The translations under genes were made by a program, and so were the position numbers. Source: a virus. Taken from it: 64,000 nt of DNA. Shown in pieces: positions 1 through 10,060 of the stretch (within the stretch, counting starts at the first letter, position 1; each line of letters opens with the position of its first letter). Under the pieces are notes generated by a model. That model was not told where the DNA came from, searched no databases, and saw only the letters and a list, made by a program, of their open reading frames with translations. The stretch covers positions 75,241-139,240 of IMG/VR virus record IMGVR_UViG_3300027704_003324. One strand, 5' to 3'.

Positions 1-3000
1 ATCTTTAAGACGGTCAAACATAAAGCCGCCTACTTTACCTAATGCTTCTTTAGTACCCTCCCAAGCAGTACTTGCAAAGCCTGTAATAGACTCCGCTACT
101 GCAGTTCCTACTTGTTTTGCTTTTTCCCATGCTCCTTTAGCTCCATCGGCTATTTTTTGTCCAAATTCTGCTACTCCTTGTCTTAGTTTAGAGTTAGGGT
201 CTGAGAATACTTTAAATCCTTCTGCTGCAGTACCTATTAATCCACCTACGGCTGCTCCAACTGCTGTACCTATACCAGGTATTATTGAACCAATTGCTGC
301 TCCAACTCCTGCTCCTCTAGCTCCTGCGGCTGCAATACCCATTGCTTCATCTCCTGCACTACCTTCTTTTATTCCGACCATGCTACTTAGCATTGATCCT
401 TTATTTGCATTTCCGGTTAAAGCTCCAAGTATACCACCTTCGGTAGCACCCATATCTTCTCTAATACCAGCTGTTTTCTTTTCTTCTGATGTTTTTCCGG
501 CTACTTGACTAGCTCCAGTAAAAGCACCCATGGCAAGTTCTAAAGGAGCTAATAATTTTCCTCCTATACCTTTTAAAGCAGGTCCAACGAATTTACCTAC
601 TCCTCCTAAGGATGTAGCTATTTTTGGTCCAACACCAGTAAATACTTTTGTTAATCCTCCTCCAGTTTTAGTAATACCGCTAAATACTTTCGAAAGCATA
701 TTAGATTTACTACCCAAATTCTTGAATACTTGACCGGCAAAAGATTGATTTTTACCCATCATGGCAGCAACATTTCTCAGTTGCTTACCAACTATAGTAG
801 ATTTTCCACCAAATACTTTTGATAAACCTTTAAAGCCTTTTAGCCATTTAGGGCTTTTAGTACTTAGTTTCATTACATCGCCCAATCCGCTGCTTTTCCC
901 ACCTGTAGTGTGTAGAGGGTTAAGTGAACTACTACCTTTTTTACCGAAAAGCATATCCTTTATGCCGGATGCTGCTTTAATTGCTATTGTTGCACCTCCT
1001 GCTGCTATTGCGAGAGAGCCTAATAGTTTACCCATTAGAGAGCCACTAATAGCTTTATCGTCAAAGATGTTTGTAAACCCTTCTTTAATACCTGTCCATA
1101 CTTTGGTAAAGAGGTTTTTCATACCATCGATAAACCCATCTTTTTTAAATCCATTAAGAATATCCATAGCAAAGCTTCCAGCTCCAAGAGCCATGTTCTC
1201 TTTAAACTTAGCCATTGCATCTGATAAGCCAGTCATTTTAGATATTGATTTATCTATTCCTGCTTGTAGTTCGGCATCTGATTTCTTTGCGTTTGCTGCA
1301 TTCTTTGCTGCAGTTTCACCTGATTCAGCGGTCATGGTTTTTAAAGCATCACCTGAATCTCTAGCTTTTATGTATTGGTCTCTGGTTAATCCAATAGATT
1401 TAGCAAAGGCATCTTGAGCCATTACATTATCTCCAATTGAATCTTTATTTTCAGAAACTAATCTGTTTATCTCAGCTGCTTGACTTGCAACATCTCCATT
1501 TGCTGCTGCTGCTCTAAGCTTATCTAAGTTTAATTCTTTTCCAAGCATTAACTCTGCTTCCATTTCTTTAGCAAGAGATGATTCAAAGTCTAATGTACTT
1601 TCTGCTGCAGATGCTATATCGTCCATTTCTAGACCTAACATTCTGGCTTGAGTAGCTGCTTGTATTAATGCGTTTTTGTTCTTACCTATATTGGCTAATA
1701 CTGAGTCTGATGCATTAGCTATTCCTTCGTATATTACTTTACTAGATATTGCTACTTTGTTATTGGCATTGAATCTTTCAGTACCTACTGCAATACTATC
1801 TACAAAATCTTTATAATTATTACCGGTTTTAGCAGAAATGATCTGAAGTTTAGATGCATCTCCTGCTGCTACTCCGAATTTTTTAGTTAACTTACCGAAT
1901 GAAAGTACATTTTCTCTTGTCTGTACAAGGCTCATTCCTAAGCCGTTATTCATTTCACCTATCAGAGCGGCTGCTTCTTGTAAAGGTATCTTAAGTTTGC
2001 TTGCTGCTGCAGTTACAGCTCCCATTTGGGATGCTGCACTTAATGATGTTGCTCCTAAACTTTTCTGTACTGCTGCTGCTGCATCAGACATTTTAAAGAT
2101 ACCATCAACTGCTAATTTTACAAAAGCAGTTAATGACGCTACTGCTATTGCCTGTATTGAACCAGCTAAAGCTTTATACCTAGCTTTAGTTTTACTGATT
2201 CCTTTTGCTACAGCGTCTTGGTATGCTTTATTTGCACTTGTTAATTGTCCAAATATTGCTCCTACTGCATCTCCAAGTATAGGTATTCCACCCATTACTT
2301 TAGAGATATTCTCTATTGATCGAAGAAAGCCTCCTCCAGCTTCATCAATCTTTTTCATCTCAGCTTGAAGAGCTTCTGCTGAATTTACTTGTCCGTCTAT
2401 CTCCTCTTTTGCAATCTTGTGTAAACCTACTAAGTCTTTAACAGCGTTTTCCTGAGCTACTAATGTTGTGAGTGTTTGAGAAGCAGCTTCTTGTACAATA
2501 CCTGCTTTATCTGCTTCTTGTTGTTTTTCTTTTGTTTTCTTTATTGCAAGCTCTACCTCTTTCTCCATGCTCGCCACCATATTGGTGTTTTGAGCCATTT
2601 GAGCGTTTTGGAGGTCTATTAAGGCTTCTGCTTCTTCAACCCCTTTTTGTGCTTGTTTAATTCGATCATCTTGATGATCAAGTCCTTTCTTTTGTAATTC
2701 TTCAAGTTTTATACTTGCTGAAATAGCTGCGTCATTAGATCCTGCTAATTTAGCATATATTTTAGCATTTTCTTCTCCTAATTGTTTTGCATTTGCTGCA
2801 AGTCCTGCTGAAGCATCAGATTCCTGTTGTTTTAGTTCAACTAGTTCTTTAGCTATTTGCTTTGATTCTGCTGAAAGTCTAGTGTTGGTTTCTGCTGCGA
2901 TTAGAGAAGCTGCTGTGATGTTTTCTCCTTCTTCTTGTAATGCTAGTAGTTGGGCAGCAATAGCTGCTTGTTCAGACTGTATACCTAATACTTTTCTTTC

Positions 3001-3291
3001 AAAGGACGCTCTTTCTTTGGTACTAGATAGATGGTTAGTGGTAAGGCCACTTAATTCTTTAGCAAAGTCTGTGTTCTTTTTATAGCTTTTGGCTAATGAT
3101 TCAGCAAATCCGGTTAAAGATTGAGAACTTTTAACTCCTTCTTTACTAAACTCACCAATATCCTTAAAAGCAGCTGCAACTCCTCTAAGTTTTGCTTCTA
3201 CTTTTGCAGCTTCTAAGTTAATTTGCTTTAATTCAGCAACTCTTTCTTTTGAAGCTCCTTCGTTTCCTTTATTTGGTTGAGTCTCAGCCAT
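1..3291 (-). CDS. Tape measure protein (C-terminus beyond left edge of window)
   Basis: Not in ORF track because no stop falls in the window. ATG at 3291 reads MAETQPNKGNEGASKERVAELKQINLEAAKVEAKL..., a long Ala/Lys/Glu helical region followed by Gly/Ala-rich amphipathic segments. Lies downstream of sheath, tube and chaperone genes, with TATTTATA ~19 nt upstream. Confidence 0.85.
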   Translation of the reverse strand, partial: MAETQPNKGNEGASKERVAELKQINLEAAKVEAKLRGVAAAFKDIGEFSKEGVKSSQSLTGFAESLAKSYKKNTDFAKELSGLTTNHLSSTKERASFERKVLGIQSEQAAIAAQLLALQEEGENITAASLIAAETNTRLSAESKQIAKELVELKQQESDASAGLAANAKQLGEENAKIYAKLAGSNDAAISASIKLEELQKKGLDHQDDRIKQAQKGVEEAEALIDLQNAQMAQNTNMVASMEKEVELAIKKTKEKQQEADKAGIVQEAASQTLTTLVAQENAVKDLVGLHKIAKEEIDGQVNSAEALQAEMKKIDEAGGGFLRSIENISKVMGGIPILGDAVGAIFGQLTSANKAYQDAVAKGISKTKARYKALAGSIQAIAVASLTAFVKLAVDGIFKMSDAAAAVQKSLGATSLSAASQMGAVTAAASKLKIPLQEAAALIGEMNNGLGMSLVQTRENVLSFGKLTKKFGVAAGDASKLQIISAKTGNNYKDFVDSIAVGTERFNANNKVAISSKVIYEGIANASDSVLANIGKNKNALIQAATQARMLGLEMDDIASAAESTLDFESSLAKEMEAELMLGKELNLDKLRAAAANGDVASQAAEINRLVSENKDSIGDNVMAQDAFAKSIGLTRDQYIKARDSGDALKTMTAESGETAAKNAANAKKSDAELQAGIDKSISKMTGLSDAMAKFKENMALGAGSFAMDILNGFKKDGFIDGMKNLFTKVWTGIKEGFTNIFDDKAISGSLMGKLLGSLAIAAGGATIAIKAASGIKDMLFGKKGSSSLNPLHTTGGKSSGLGDVMKLSTKSPKWLKGFKGLSKVFGGKSTIVGKQLRNVAAMMGKNQSFAGQVFKNLGSKSNMLSKVFSGITKTGGGLTKVFTGVGPKIATSLGGVGKFVGPALKGIGGKLLAPLELAMGAFTGASQVAGKTSEEKKTAGIREDMGATEGGILGALTGNANKGSMLSSMVGIKEGSAGDEAMGIAAAGARGAGVGAAIGSIIPGIGTAVGAAVGGLIGTAAEGFKVFSDPNSKLRQGVAEFGQKIADGAKGAWEKAKQVGTAVAESITGFASTAWEGTKEALGKVGGFMFDRLKD

Positions 3292-3309
3292 TTATTACTT
3301 TACGTTTAG

Positions 3310-3317
3310 TATAAATA
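3310..3317 (-). promoter_or_regulatory. TATTTATA putative late promoter (tape measure gene)
   Basis: Recurrent intergenic motif; reads tataaata on +. Confidence 0.6.
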
Positions 3318-3330
3318 GTAAAGGCTTCCA

Positions 3331-3645
3331 TTAGTTGGAAGCCGTAGTACTATAATCTGGAGATATATTAGGACCTTTAGGTCTGGTGCTTTGAGTAGGT
3401 TGAGCATCCTCTGCTGCTTCGTTCTTTTTTTCAAAATAATCATTAATATAATTGAACGTTAAACGTCTCAACCATATAGGCATATTATAAACTGTATGCC
3501 AGTCGTACCCACCTTTACTATGAAAACAAATTTCGTGTATCTGTCTAAATAAACTAGTCCTGTAGTCTCTTGCTTGACTAGGCGTCAGGCCAAAAAAAGT
3601 TGATCCCAATAGGGACATCAACCTCCTCCCCTCGACCGTCTTCAT
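3331..3645 (-). CDS. gp51-like baseplate hub/tail assembly protein; probably the frameshifted C-terminal extension of the upstream gene
   Basis: YDWHTVYNMPIWLRR resembles the T4 gp51-family motif; overlaps the end of the upstream ORF at a T7 run; sits between tube and tape measure genes. Confidence 0.65.
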   Translation of the reverse strand: MKTVEGRRLMSLLGSTFFGLTPSQARDYRTSLFRQIHEICFHSKGGYDWHTVYNMPIWLRRLTFNYINDYFEKKNEAAEDAQPTQSTRPKGPNISPDYSTTASN

Positions 3646-4318
3646 CTATATTATAGAATTTGAAGTCTACATCAGGCTGAAGTCTTGTATATTCATTCCT
3701 TAATGCTCTAGCATCTTGAGCTAATAGACCTTGGTCTACAAACTGTCGAATAGTTCCTTGTTCTCTTTCTCCGTTTACTGAGGTAATCATGTACTTAAGT
3801 CTTGTTGACATTGTAGCACTACTCTCTTTATTGATCTTTTTTAACCCGGTAACTTCTCTTTCTATGTTAGTATCGTCTCCATGGGTTAATAATTTAAAAG
3901 TAACTTGGTTACCACTTTTTGGTAGTGAGAAGGTAAATTCATTCTCTCCCGGCTTGTAGTCATCAAGGTTGATATCTTTATCTTTCAACTCTGTTAAGTC
4001 AATCGTAACGTCTTTTCCCTCTATAGTAACGTCGTAATCCTTACCATACGATAAGATTCGTGCTGCTACCATAATTGCGTTCTTATCCCCGATTAATAAT
4101 TCGTTATAAGGGAAATCTGTAACAATTAAGGATTTAAGTAATTTATCTATTACTACTCCTTTAGCGATATAATTTTGATTGGTTAAGATATCTTCTTCTT
4201 TAGCTGTCATATACTTCATCTCTATTGTTCCAGATGAAAGTGCATGGTCAGCAGGATAAAGTCGTCCTTTTGATGGTAAATCTACCTGTTCGGTAGGTAT
4301 TGAAAATTTTGGTTCCAT
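3578..4318 (-). CDS. gp26-like baseplate hub / tail assembly chaperone
   Basis: LPSKG...MTAKEEDIL...ARILSYG...NFFWP; start reassigned to MEPKF (4318) because the longer start overlaps promoter motifs. Confidence 0.75.
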   Translation of the reverse strand: MEPKFSIPTEQVDLPSKGRLYPADHALSSGTIEMKYMTAKEEDILTNQNYIAKGVVIDKLLKSLIVTDFPYNELLIGDKNAIMVAARILSYGKDYDVTIEGKDVTIDLTELKDKDINLDDYKPGENEFTFSLPKSGNQVTFKLLTHGDDTNIEREVTGLKKINKESSATMSTRLKYMITSVNGEREQGTIRQFVDQGLLAQDARALRNEYTRLQPDVDFKFYNIDEDGRGEEVDVPIGINFFWPDA

Positions 4319-4348
4319 AAATTTTATTTGTTTGTAACTTATTCTACA

Positions 4349-4382
4349 TATAAATATACGAAGAATATATTCTCTAGGCAAC
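4349..4382 (-). promoter_or_regulatory. Composite promoter: GTTG-N18-CGTATATT overlapping TATTTATA
   Basis: Minus strand GTTGCCTAGAGAATATATTCTTCGTATATTTATA, directly after a terminator. Confidence 0.65.
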
Positions 4383-4390
4383 TTCTACAC

Positions 4391-4419
4391 AAAAAAAAAG
4401 CCCAACCTAAGTTGAGCTC
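4391..4419 (-). terminator. Rho-independent terminator after tail tube gene
   Basis: AGCTCAAC-TTAG-GTTGGGCT stem-loop followed by a long T run. Confidence 0.85.
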
Positions 4420-4439
4420 TCTTGTATATAAAAAGATCC

Positions 4440-4925
4440 TTAGAAGTTTAGTACACAGTAATCCATGTTAATAGTGATTCCTAAATCAACTACTGCATCA
4501 GAAGACCAGTCAAATTGACCGAAATCTCCATTGGTTACAAATGCGCCTTTAATTAACCACTCTCCTACAATATCACCTACTGGTCCTAAGACGTTAAGAG
4601 TAATATCTTTTTTGTAGAAGTCTGAATAACCAGCTCTTCCTGTTACTGATTCGTATCCTAGTCTTGCCCATTCCATTACGGCTTGTGCTCCACTTGGAGT
4701 TATTGGGTCATATAGAGTCATAGTCATTTCTGCCCATTCTCTTTTCCCTCTAATCTTACGATAAGAGTTCATATGATCTAATTTTACTACATTGTCTGTA
4801 AAAGTAGGTGCTTTTACATTTTTTATCATGAATGATGGAATACCATCTATAAGCATGATGAATCTGTTTTGGACTTTCGGTTCGAAAGCTCTGAACATTA
4901 TTTCGTTAGGATCTAATACTGCCAT
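4440..4925 (-). CDS. Tail tube protein (T4 gp19-like)
   Basis: 161 aa; EPKVQNRF, TLYDPI, YKKDITL, EWLIKGAF; immediately downstream of sheath. Confidence 0.9.
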   Translation of the reverse strand: MAVLDPNEIMFRAFEPKVQNRFIMLIDGIPSFMIKNVKAPTFTDNVVKLDHMNSYRKIRGKREWAEMTMTLYDPITPSGAQAVMEWARLGYESVTGRAGYSDFYKKDITLNVLGPVGDIVGEWLIKGAFVTNGDFGQFDWSSDAVVDLGITINMDYCVLNF

Positions 4926-4941
4926 GTTTGTTTATCTTTTA

Positions 4942-4949
4942 TATAAATA
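4942..4949 (-). promoter_or_regulatory. TATTTATA putative late promoter (tail tube)
   Basis: Recurrent motif ~17 nt upstream of ATG. Confidence 0.6.
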
Positions 4950-4964
4950 TTCTGTTATTATAAA

Positions 4965-6707
4965 TTATGCTCCAAAAGTTGCTCCAGTAGGCATAATTAC
5001 GAAATCTAGAGAAATAAATTCTGCTGTTTTAGCTGGTTGGATGAAAATCTGACCAATTAATTGATTTCTGTCAATTACGTCTGCTGTGTTGTTAGTGTCG
5101 TCCATTACTACTCTAAAAGCATAAAGACCTTGTCTTTGTACTACTGATTCTAAGTAAGGATTCACTGAGCTCAAGAAGCTATTTCTTGTTGCTATAGTAT
5201 TTTGTTCGAATACTATATTTTTCGCTGCATCTCCTAAGAATTTCTTAAGATCAATTAGCAATCGTCTAACATTTACTCTATCAAGAGCTGATTTCTTTTT
5301 CTGCAATGTTTTTTGACCGAATACTGATATTCCACTTCCAGGGAATGTAGCGATTGGGTTAACGTTAGCTGCATATAAAGTATCTCTTTGAGATCTAGTT
5401 AATTTTCTTTCTGCTTGGATTACATTAGGAATACCTCCTCTAGTAAGACCTGCTGGTGCAAACCATGGAGCTGCTGCATTGTCTGTAAATACATATACAC
5501 CTGGTATAACAACACCTGCTGGTACAAATTCGTTTCTTCCTGTAGCTGAACCTACTTGCAACCAAGGCCAGTAAGTAGCTGCATAAGAACTGTTAACTGT
5601 TCCTGCATTTCCTGCTGCATTAGAGACCATTGATCCGTAAGGACTTAAATCTACTACTGCGATATTGTCTCCTCTATTAGAAGATAAAGACATCATTGAA
5701 TCTAACTGTACTTTGTGATCTCCGTAGCTATAAATAAGACCTGGAGCTGATACGATGTTAAATACGTACTCATCTTCGTTAGATAAGATTGAAATAGCAT
5801 CTGCGTAATCTGCTGCATCTAATCCTTGAATGTTAGTAGCGTTTATTTCGCTAAACATTTTGTTAGGTCCGCTAGACTTCCATAAGTTTCCTGAAGCACC
5901 GTGGAAAGATCCAGATGATACAGCTGGAAGTGATCCAGAATAAGCTCCTGTTCTAATATTGATACCATCATTAGATAAATAATCTAAAGTTGCTCTGTCT
6001 ACAGATGATACTCTAATGTATCTAGATCTGTTAACATAAGAACCAACTGATGCTAAGTATACTGAAGAACCATCGCTTGCTTTAGTCTTATATTGATCAC
6101 CAATTACTTTAGCAATATATCCTTCTGAGTTAGGATCTAAACTTAAGTCATTAAATGATTCTAATATTGTTTTTTCTTTTGTACTATCATCTCCTCTACG
6201 AACTAGTAAAGAGAAAGTTCCGTTAGCCTTGCTTACGTTTCCGATTTCCCATCTTACATTGTCTGATGATCCAGATACTAAAGATCCATCACTGTTTTGT
6301 GATCCTGCATCTCCTGCTCCTGTAGAGTTATTGAATAAAGCTCCTTTTCCTAAAGATGTTAGTGTAAAAGGGGCTGCTCCTGCATCCGCTGCAGCTATTG
6401 TACTGTTACTAGCGCCAGAAAAACTTCCGTCTACTACTCTAGTAATTAATGCCGATGAACCACCTTGTTCAAAGTAGGATTTAACAGCTATTGAAGTCAA
6501 AAATTCTGACTTAGCTGATCCTGATTGAAAAGTTGTTCCAAAAAGTCGTTGGTAAGCACCATATGAGGTTACTACAGTTGGTTCTTCAACTGGTCCTAAT
6601 ACTGTTGGTCCTATAAAGGCTGCTCCAGCCGCTAAAGGTGATGGTGCAATAAATGATTTATCCTGCTCGCGTGATAAAACACCTGGTGAGATTAAAGTTT
6701 CTGCCAT
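4965..6707 (-). CDS. Tail sheath protein (T4 gp18-like)
   Basis: N-terminal SPGVLSRE; PWFAPAG, NVNPI, VFGQKT, DRVNVRRL, QPAKTAEFI. Confidence 0.95.
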   Translation of the reverse strand: MAETLISPGVLSREQDKSFIAPSPLAAGAAFIGPTVLGPVEEPTVVTSYGAYQRLFGTTFQSGSAKSEFLTSIAVKSYFEQGGSSALITRVVDGSFSGASNSTIAAADAGAAPFTLTSLGKGALFNNSTGAGDAGSQNSDGSLVSGSSDNVRWEIGNVSKANGTFSLLVRRGDDSTKEKTILESFNDLSLDPNSEGYIAKVIGDQYKTKASDGSSVYLASVGSYVNRSRYIRVSSVDRATLDYLSNDGINIRTGAYSGSLPAVSSGSFHGASGNLWKSSGPNKMFSEINATNIQGLDAADYADAISILSNEDEYVFNIVSAPGLIYSYGDHKVQLDSMMSLSSNRGDNIAVVDLSPYGSMVSNAAGNAGTVNSSYAATYWPWLQVGSATGRNEFVPAGVVIPGVYVFTDNAAAPWFAPAGLTRGGIPNVIQAERKLTRSQRDTLYAANVNPIATFPGSGISVFGQKTLQKKKSALDRVNVRRLLIDLKKFLGDAAKNIVFEQNTIATRNSFLSSVNPYLESVVQRQGLYAFRVVMDDTNNTADVIDRNQLIGQIFIQPAKTAEFISLDFVIMPTGATFGA

Positions 6708-6794
6708 GTTATCTTAAAATTAGATTATTCGTTCTATAATAAATATCGTTAGTAAATCGAAACAGTTTGATATAGTTGCTGTTCTATTAACATT

Positions 6795-6802
6795 TATAAA
6801 TA
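6795..6802 (-). promoter_or_regulatory. TATTTATA putative late promoter (sheath); variant TATTTATT at 6738-6745
   Basis: Recurrent motif right after a hairpin terminator. Confidence 0.55.
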
Positions 6803-6829
6803 GGAAAAGAGGTCCTAAAACCTCCCTTC
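6803..6829 (-). terminator. Probable terminator closing the modification island transcript
   Basis: GAAGGGAGGT-TTTAGG-ACCTCTTTTC hairpin on minus strand. Confidence 0.55.
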
Positions 6830-6853
6830 TTTAAATAATATATAAGATCTTTT

Positions 6854-7129
6854 TTATTTTACGGCTGTAAACTCTCCGGTTGTAGTATTAACTGTACCTT
6901 TACCGTACTTTTCTTCAAGGGCTTTTGCTAATGTAACTTCGCTCTCTTTTAATTGAACTAAGTAATTCTGTGCTCTTTCTTTACGTTCAGATAAACTTAA
7001 CTCTGATAAGCTAATTTTACCGAACTCTACTACTACGGCTTCATTGTTACTTTGAATGCTCTTAAGTTGGTTTATTTCTTCCTCACTTAATTTTGTTGTA
7101 GTTACTTTTGTTGTTTCTTTTTTTGCCAT
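6854..7129 (-). CDS. Small coiled-coil hypothetical phage protein
   Basis: 91 aa, heptad-like helix, C-terminal LEEKYGKGTVN..TGEF; preceded by an internal promoter at 7291-7320. Confidence 0.75.
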   Translation of the reverse strand: MAKKETTKVTTTKLSEEEINQLKSIQSNNEAVVVEFGKISLSELSLSERKERAQNYLVQLKESEVTLAKALEEKYGKGTVNTTTGEFTAVK

Positions 7130-7130
7130 T

Positions 7131-7763
7131 TTATATACAATTAGGAATTTTTAATGTTAAATCTTGAATAAGTTTAATTTCTTGTTGTTTAATTAATTCT
7201 GTCCATAGAATACTTCCTTCATATTGATCTCCATACTTTTTAATTAGTACTTTATCTAGAGAGTAGATATTATCTATATACTTATTATACAATATACGAA
7301 AAAGTTTCTTAAAAACCAACGGATGTGCAGAAAAAAATCTTTCGTCTATAGTTTCATGCAGAATCCTACCAAATATACAGTCACTATATTTAACTCCTTT
7401 CAATAAAGGGTAAGTATGTCTGTATGCTTCATTATAGTATTGTTTGACATTACTATCGAACGCTATACTGTCTATATCTAAATCTGGTTTACCTTTAATA
7501 ATTAAATCATATTCTTCTAAGTCTTTGATTAAGTTAACTGCTCTGTATGTAGAATGTAGTATTGAAAATTTTTTAGGTAGCTCTGAAAGATCTTGTACCT
7601 CTATGTTAGTATCCACTCCTCTAAGTTTACCTAGCCATCTTTTATTCTCTTTTGTGTTCCAAGTATGTATATATACGTCACAGTCATTATTATGTATAAA
7701 CTCTACAATGTTATCTTGTAATTTTTCAATATGGCCTGATAAGATCAGGGCTATTTTACTCAT
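7131..7763 (-). CDS. Putative glycosyltransferase-like protein
   Basis: KIALILSG...DVYIHTW...YDLIIKGKPD pattern of uncharacterised GT-A-like proteins seen in viral glycan clusters. Confidence 0.5.
   Translation of the reverse strand: MSKIALILSGHIEKLQDNIVEFIHNNDCDVYIHTWNTKENKRWLGKLRGVDTNIEVQDLSELPKKFSILHSTYRAVNLIKDLEEYDLIIKGKPDLDIDSIAFDSNVKQYYNEAYRHTYPLLKGVKYSDCIFGRILHETIDERFFSAHPLVFKKLFRILYNKYIDNIYSLDKVLIKKYGDQYEGSILWTELIKQQEIKLIQDLTLKIPNCI
7291..7320 (-). promoter_or_regulatory. Intragenic GTTG-N18-CGTATATT promoter
   Basis: GTTGGTTTTTAAGAAACTTTTTCGTATATT; same spacing as four other copies. Confidence 0.6.
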
Positions 7764-8848
7764 AATAGTGTTCTGGTACTTTTTGTACGGAATCTATCTA
7801 ATACGAAATTATTAAATTTCTTAAGTAGTAAGGTCTTGATATTAAACTCTTCTACACCGTGCTTAGTCCAAGGAGAATCTAAATGGAATTTTTCGATATA
7901 GCTATTATCAAAATAATGTTCTTTGTTTAGTAGTTTAGCTGGTTTAATAGCAGTGATATGTTTAGTACACATAGGATGATGCTCAAAGTGGATTTCAGCT
8001 GGTTTACAATCATCAGAAGATAAGTACATATACGGTTCATGTAGCAGGTTAGGAAGATTGGTAAACCAATATTCTATCTGTTCTACATAGTTAATAATTA
8101 GAGGTACCTTTATTTCCGTTGTATCTATATTCCATTCTATACCTATCTGTAAACTAATTTCATAATGCTCAAGGGGATGTGGATGGTTATCCAAATTTGG
8201 TTCCGGTAAAGATCCGTCTCGATTAGGGTAACTACAGTAGACTGAAGGCCATTTTCTTTTGTCTTCTATTCTTCTCATTTCAATACTCTTATCTAGAAAA
8301 TAGGGACTGTTGTAAAAGTTTTTTAGTTGAAAAAAAAGATCTGTCTCATTAACAATAGGATCAAAATTACTAATACCAAAATTATGATCTACTGGTTCAC
8401 CTAAAAAGGTTCCTATCCATGGTTCAAACATATGAATCATTTTCAGGTTAATCTTTTTTTGTTCTGATAATGCGATTGCACTCTTGATATAGCTTACTAA
8501 TTCTAATGCAGATTGAAGGGGAGAATGCCCTTTAATTATTTCATCTGGTATTTCTTCTTGACTAGACATAAGTCCATGTACTGAGTAGTCGCCTGCACTC
8601 TCTACTATTCTATCAAATCTACATAGGCTGCTCCATTGAATAATAACTGAATCTCCTTCTTTAATATCATGTTTTGTGATAGCATGTACAAACGTATTAA
8701 AAATAAATTGATTACCTCCGCCACATTTAGCGTAGTTATAACTCTCATCAAAAGTAGCTGCTAAGTAGTCTGCATATGTCGGCCATAGGTAATTTGTATA
8801 GCTACATCCGAATGCAAAAAATCTACTGTTTGAATCTTGTGTTTCCAT
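7760..8848 (-). CDS. SGNH/GDSL-like protein (putative acyltransferase/esterase)
   Basis: AFGCSYT block I, NYAKCGGGN block II, IIQWS, DNHP block V. Confidence 0.65.
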   Translation of the reverse strand: METQDSNSRFFAFGCSYTNYLWPTYADYLAATFDESYNYAKCGGGNQFIFNTFVHAITKHDIKEGDSVIIQWSSLCRFDRIVESAGDYSVHGLMSSQEEIPDEIIKGHSPLQSALELVSYIKSAIALSEQKKINLKMIHMFEPWIGTFLGEPVDHNFGISNFDPIVNETDLFFQLKNFYNSPYFLDKSIEMRRIEDKRKWPSVYCSYPNRDGSLPEPNLDNHPHPLEHYEISLQIGIEWNIDTTEIKVPLIINYVEQIEYWFTNLPNLLHEPYMYLSSDDCKPAEIHFEHHPMCTKHITAIKPAKLLNKEHYFDNSYIEKFHLDSPWTKHGVEEFNIKTLLLKKFNNFVLDRFRTKSTRTLL

Positions 8849-10001
8849 AATGTATTACTTTGATATCTTTATTAGTAGAATAAGATCTCCATGGGTCAAC
8901 TATAACAGATCCTTCCGGAAAGTCGTAATCATGATGTTTCCCCATATGTCCTAAAAGGTACACTGCTTTGTAAGGTTTTGTAGGGTCGTACTCTACTTTA
9001 TATTTCGAACCATAAGAAGATTCACAGAAATGTCCTGTAAGTATTGATGTTGATCCATCCTCGTAGTTTACATCTGGTTTATATGCTTTGCCTAATATAA
9101 CGATAGGTAAGTTTACTTTATTAGATTCTATTACTAATCGTTGTGCTAAGTTCTTAGCTTGTTTCTCTCTAGCATTCATTATAGCATCAAATAGATCGTA
9201 ACCTACATCTAACTTTTCAGCCATATACCGTAAAGCAATATTATCTCTTGGATGACATCCTCCACCGTCTCCCATTCCTGCTTTCATATAAGCCGGACCT
9301 AGTATCCTTTGAGTTGATCTTTCTAATGCTCCTGTAATAACGTCTACATTAATATTACCTGATTTCTCAGCAACGTCCTGTATCATATTAACTAAGGCTA
9401 CTTTAGTAGAGATAAAGGTATTGTAGAATATCTTTATACCTTCTGCTTCGTCCCAAGTACCTAATTCATATCTAGTGCCTTCAGTAATAAACGTTTCGTA
9501 AAATTCCAATAGTAATTTAGCATCTCCTGTTGTAGAACCGTCTTCTGTTCCTATAATAATCATTTCCGGATTAACCATGTCCCATTTTACTGTTCCCATT
9601 GCTATTAAGTAGGGGTTATAAATAAACCTTCCATTAGGTATTAAGTCAATAAATTCTCTACGGATTGTACCTGGTAGAACTGTTGATATTAATACTATGA
9701 GTTGGTCTTTAGAGACGTATTTGTTTGTTTCTTCGAGTACCTCTTTAACTATGTTATAATTAAAATCTTTATTAGGTAAATGAGCAGTAGGGTATCTACC
9801 GTCATAGTCTGGGTGATGAGGTGTTGGAACAGCGATAAAAATTATTTCTCTTCCTTTGCAGGCTTCTTCTATTGAAGCTACCATTTTAAAATTTTCTGGC
9901 TCTATGTTGCTAACGTCGTAACCAACTATATCATGCTTTTCAGCCATAACTTCAGCTGCCTCTTTTCCGAGCTTGCCTACTCCTATAAATCCTATTTTCA
10001 T
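8823..10001 (-). CDS. ugd: UDP-glucose/GDP-mannose 6-dehydrogenase family
   Basis: GFIGVGKLG Rossmann motif, FIAVPTP, STVLPGT, KIFYNTF, GDGGGCHPRD catalytic Cys, GKAYKP. Confidence 0.88.
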   Translation of the reverse strand: MKIGFIGVGKLGKEAAEVMAEKHDIVGYDVSNIEPENFKMVASIEEACKGREIIFIAVPTPHHPDYDGRYPTAHLPNKDFNYNIVKEVLEETNKYVSKDQLIVLISTVLPGTIRREFIDLIPNGRFIYNPYLIAMGTVKWDMVNPEMIIIGTEDGSTTGDAKLLLEFYETFITEGTRYELGTWDEAEGIKIFYNTFISTKVALVNMIQDVAEKSGNINVDVITGALERSTQRILGPAYMKAGMGDGGGCHPRDNIALRYMAEKLDVGYDLFDAIMNAREKQAKNLAQRLVIESNKVNLPIVILGKAYKPDVNYEDGSTSILTGHFCESSYGSKYKVEYDPTKPYKAVYLLGHMGKHHDYDFPEGSVIVDPWRSYSTNKDIKVIHYGNTRFKQ

Positions 10002-10031
10002 AAACTTCTTTTATCTATTATTAATATATGA

Positions 10032-10039
10032 TATAAATA
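10032..10039 (-). promoter_or_regulatory. TATTTATA putative late promoter inside modification island
   Basis: In the only sizeable intergenic gap of the island, ~31 nt upstream of the ugd ATG. Confidence 0.55.
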
Positions 10040-10060
10040 TCAATTTTACAACTTTAGTTA

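Noticed and set aside
530-3085. Several + strand ORFs (67-218 aa)
   Set aside because: Antisense shadows of the tape measure gene, which is missing from the track only because it has no stop in the window
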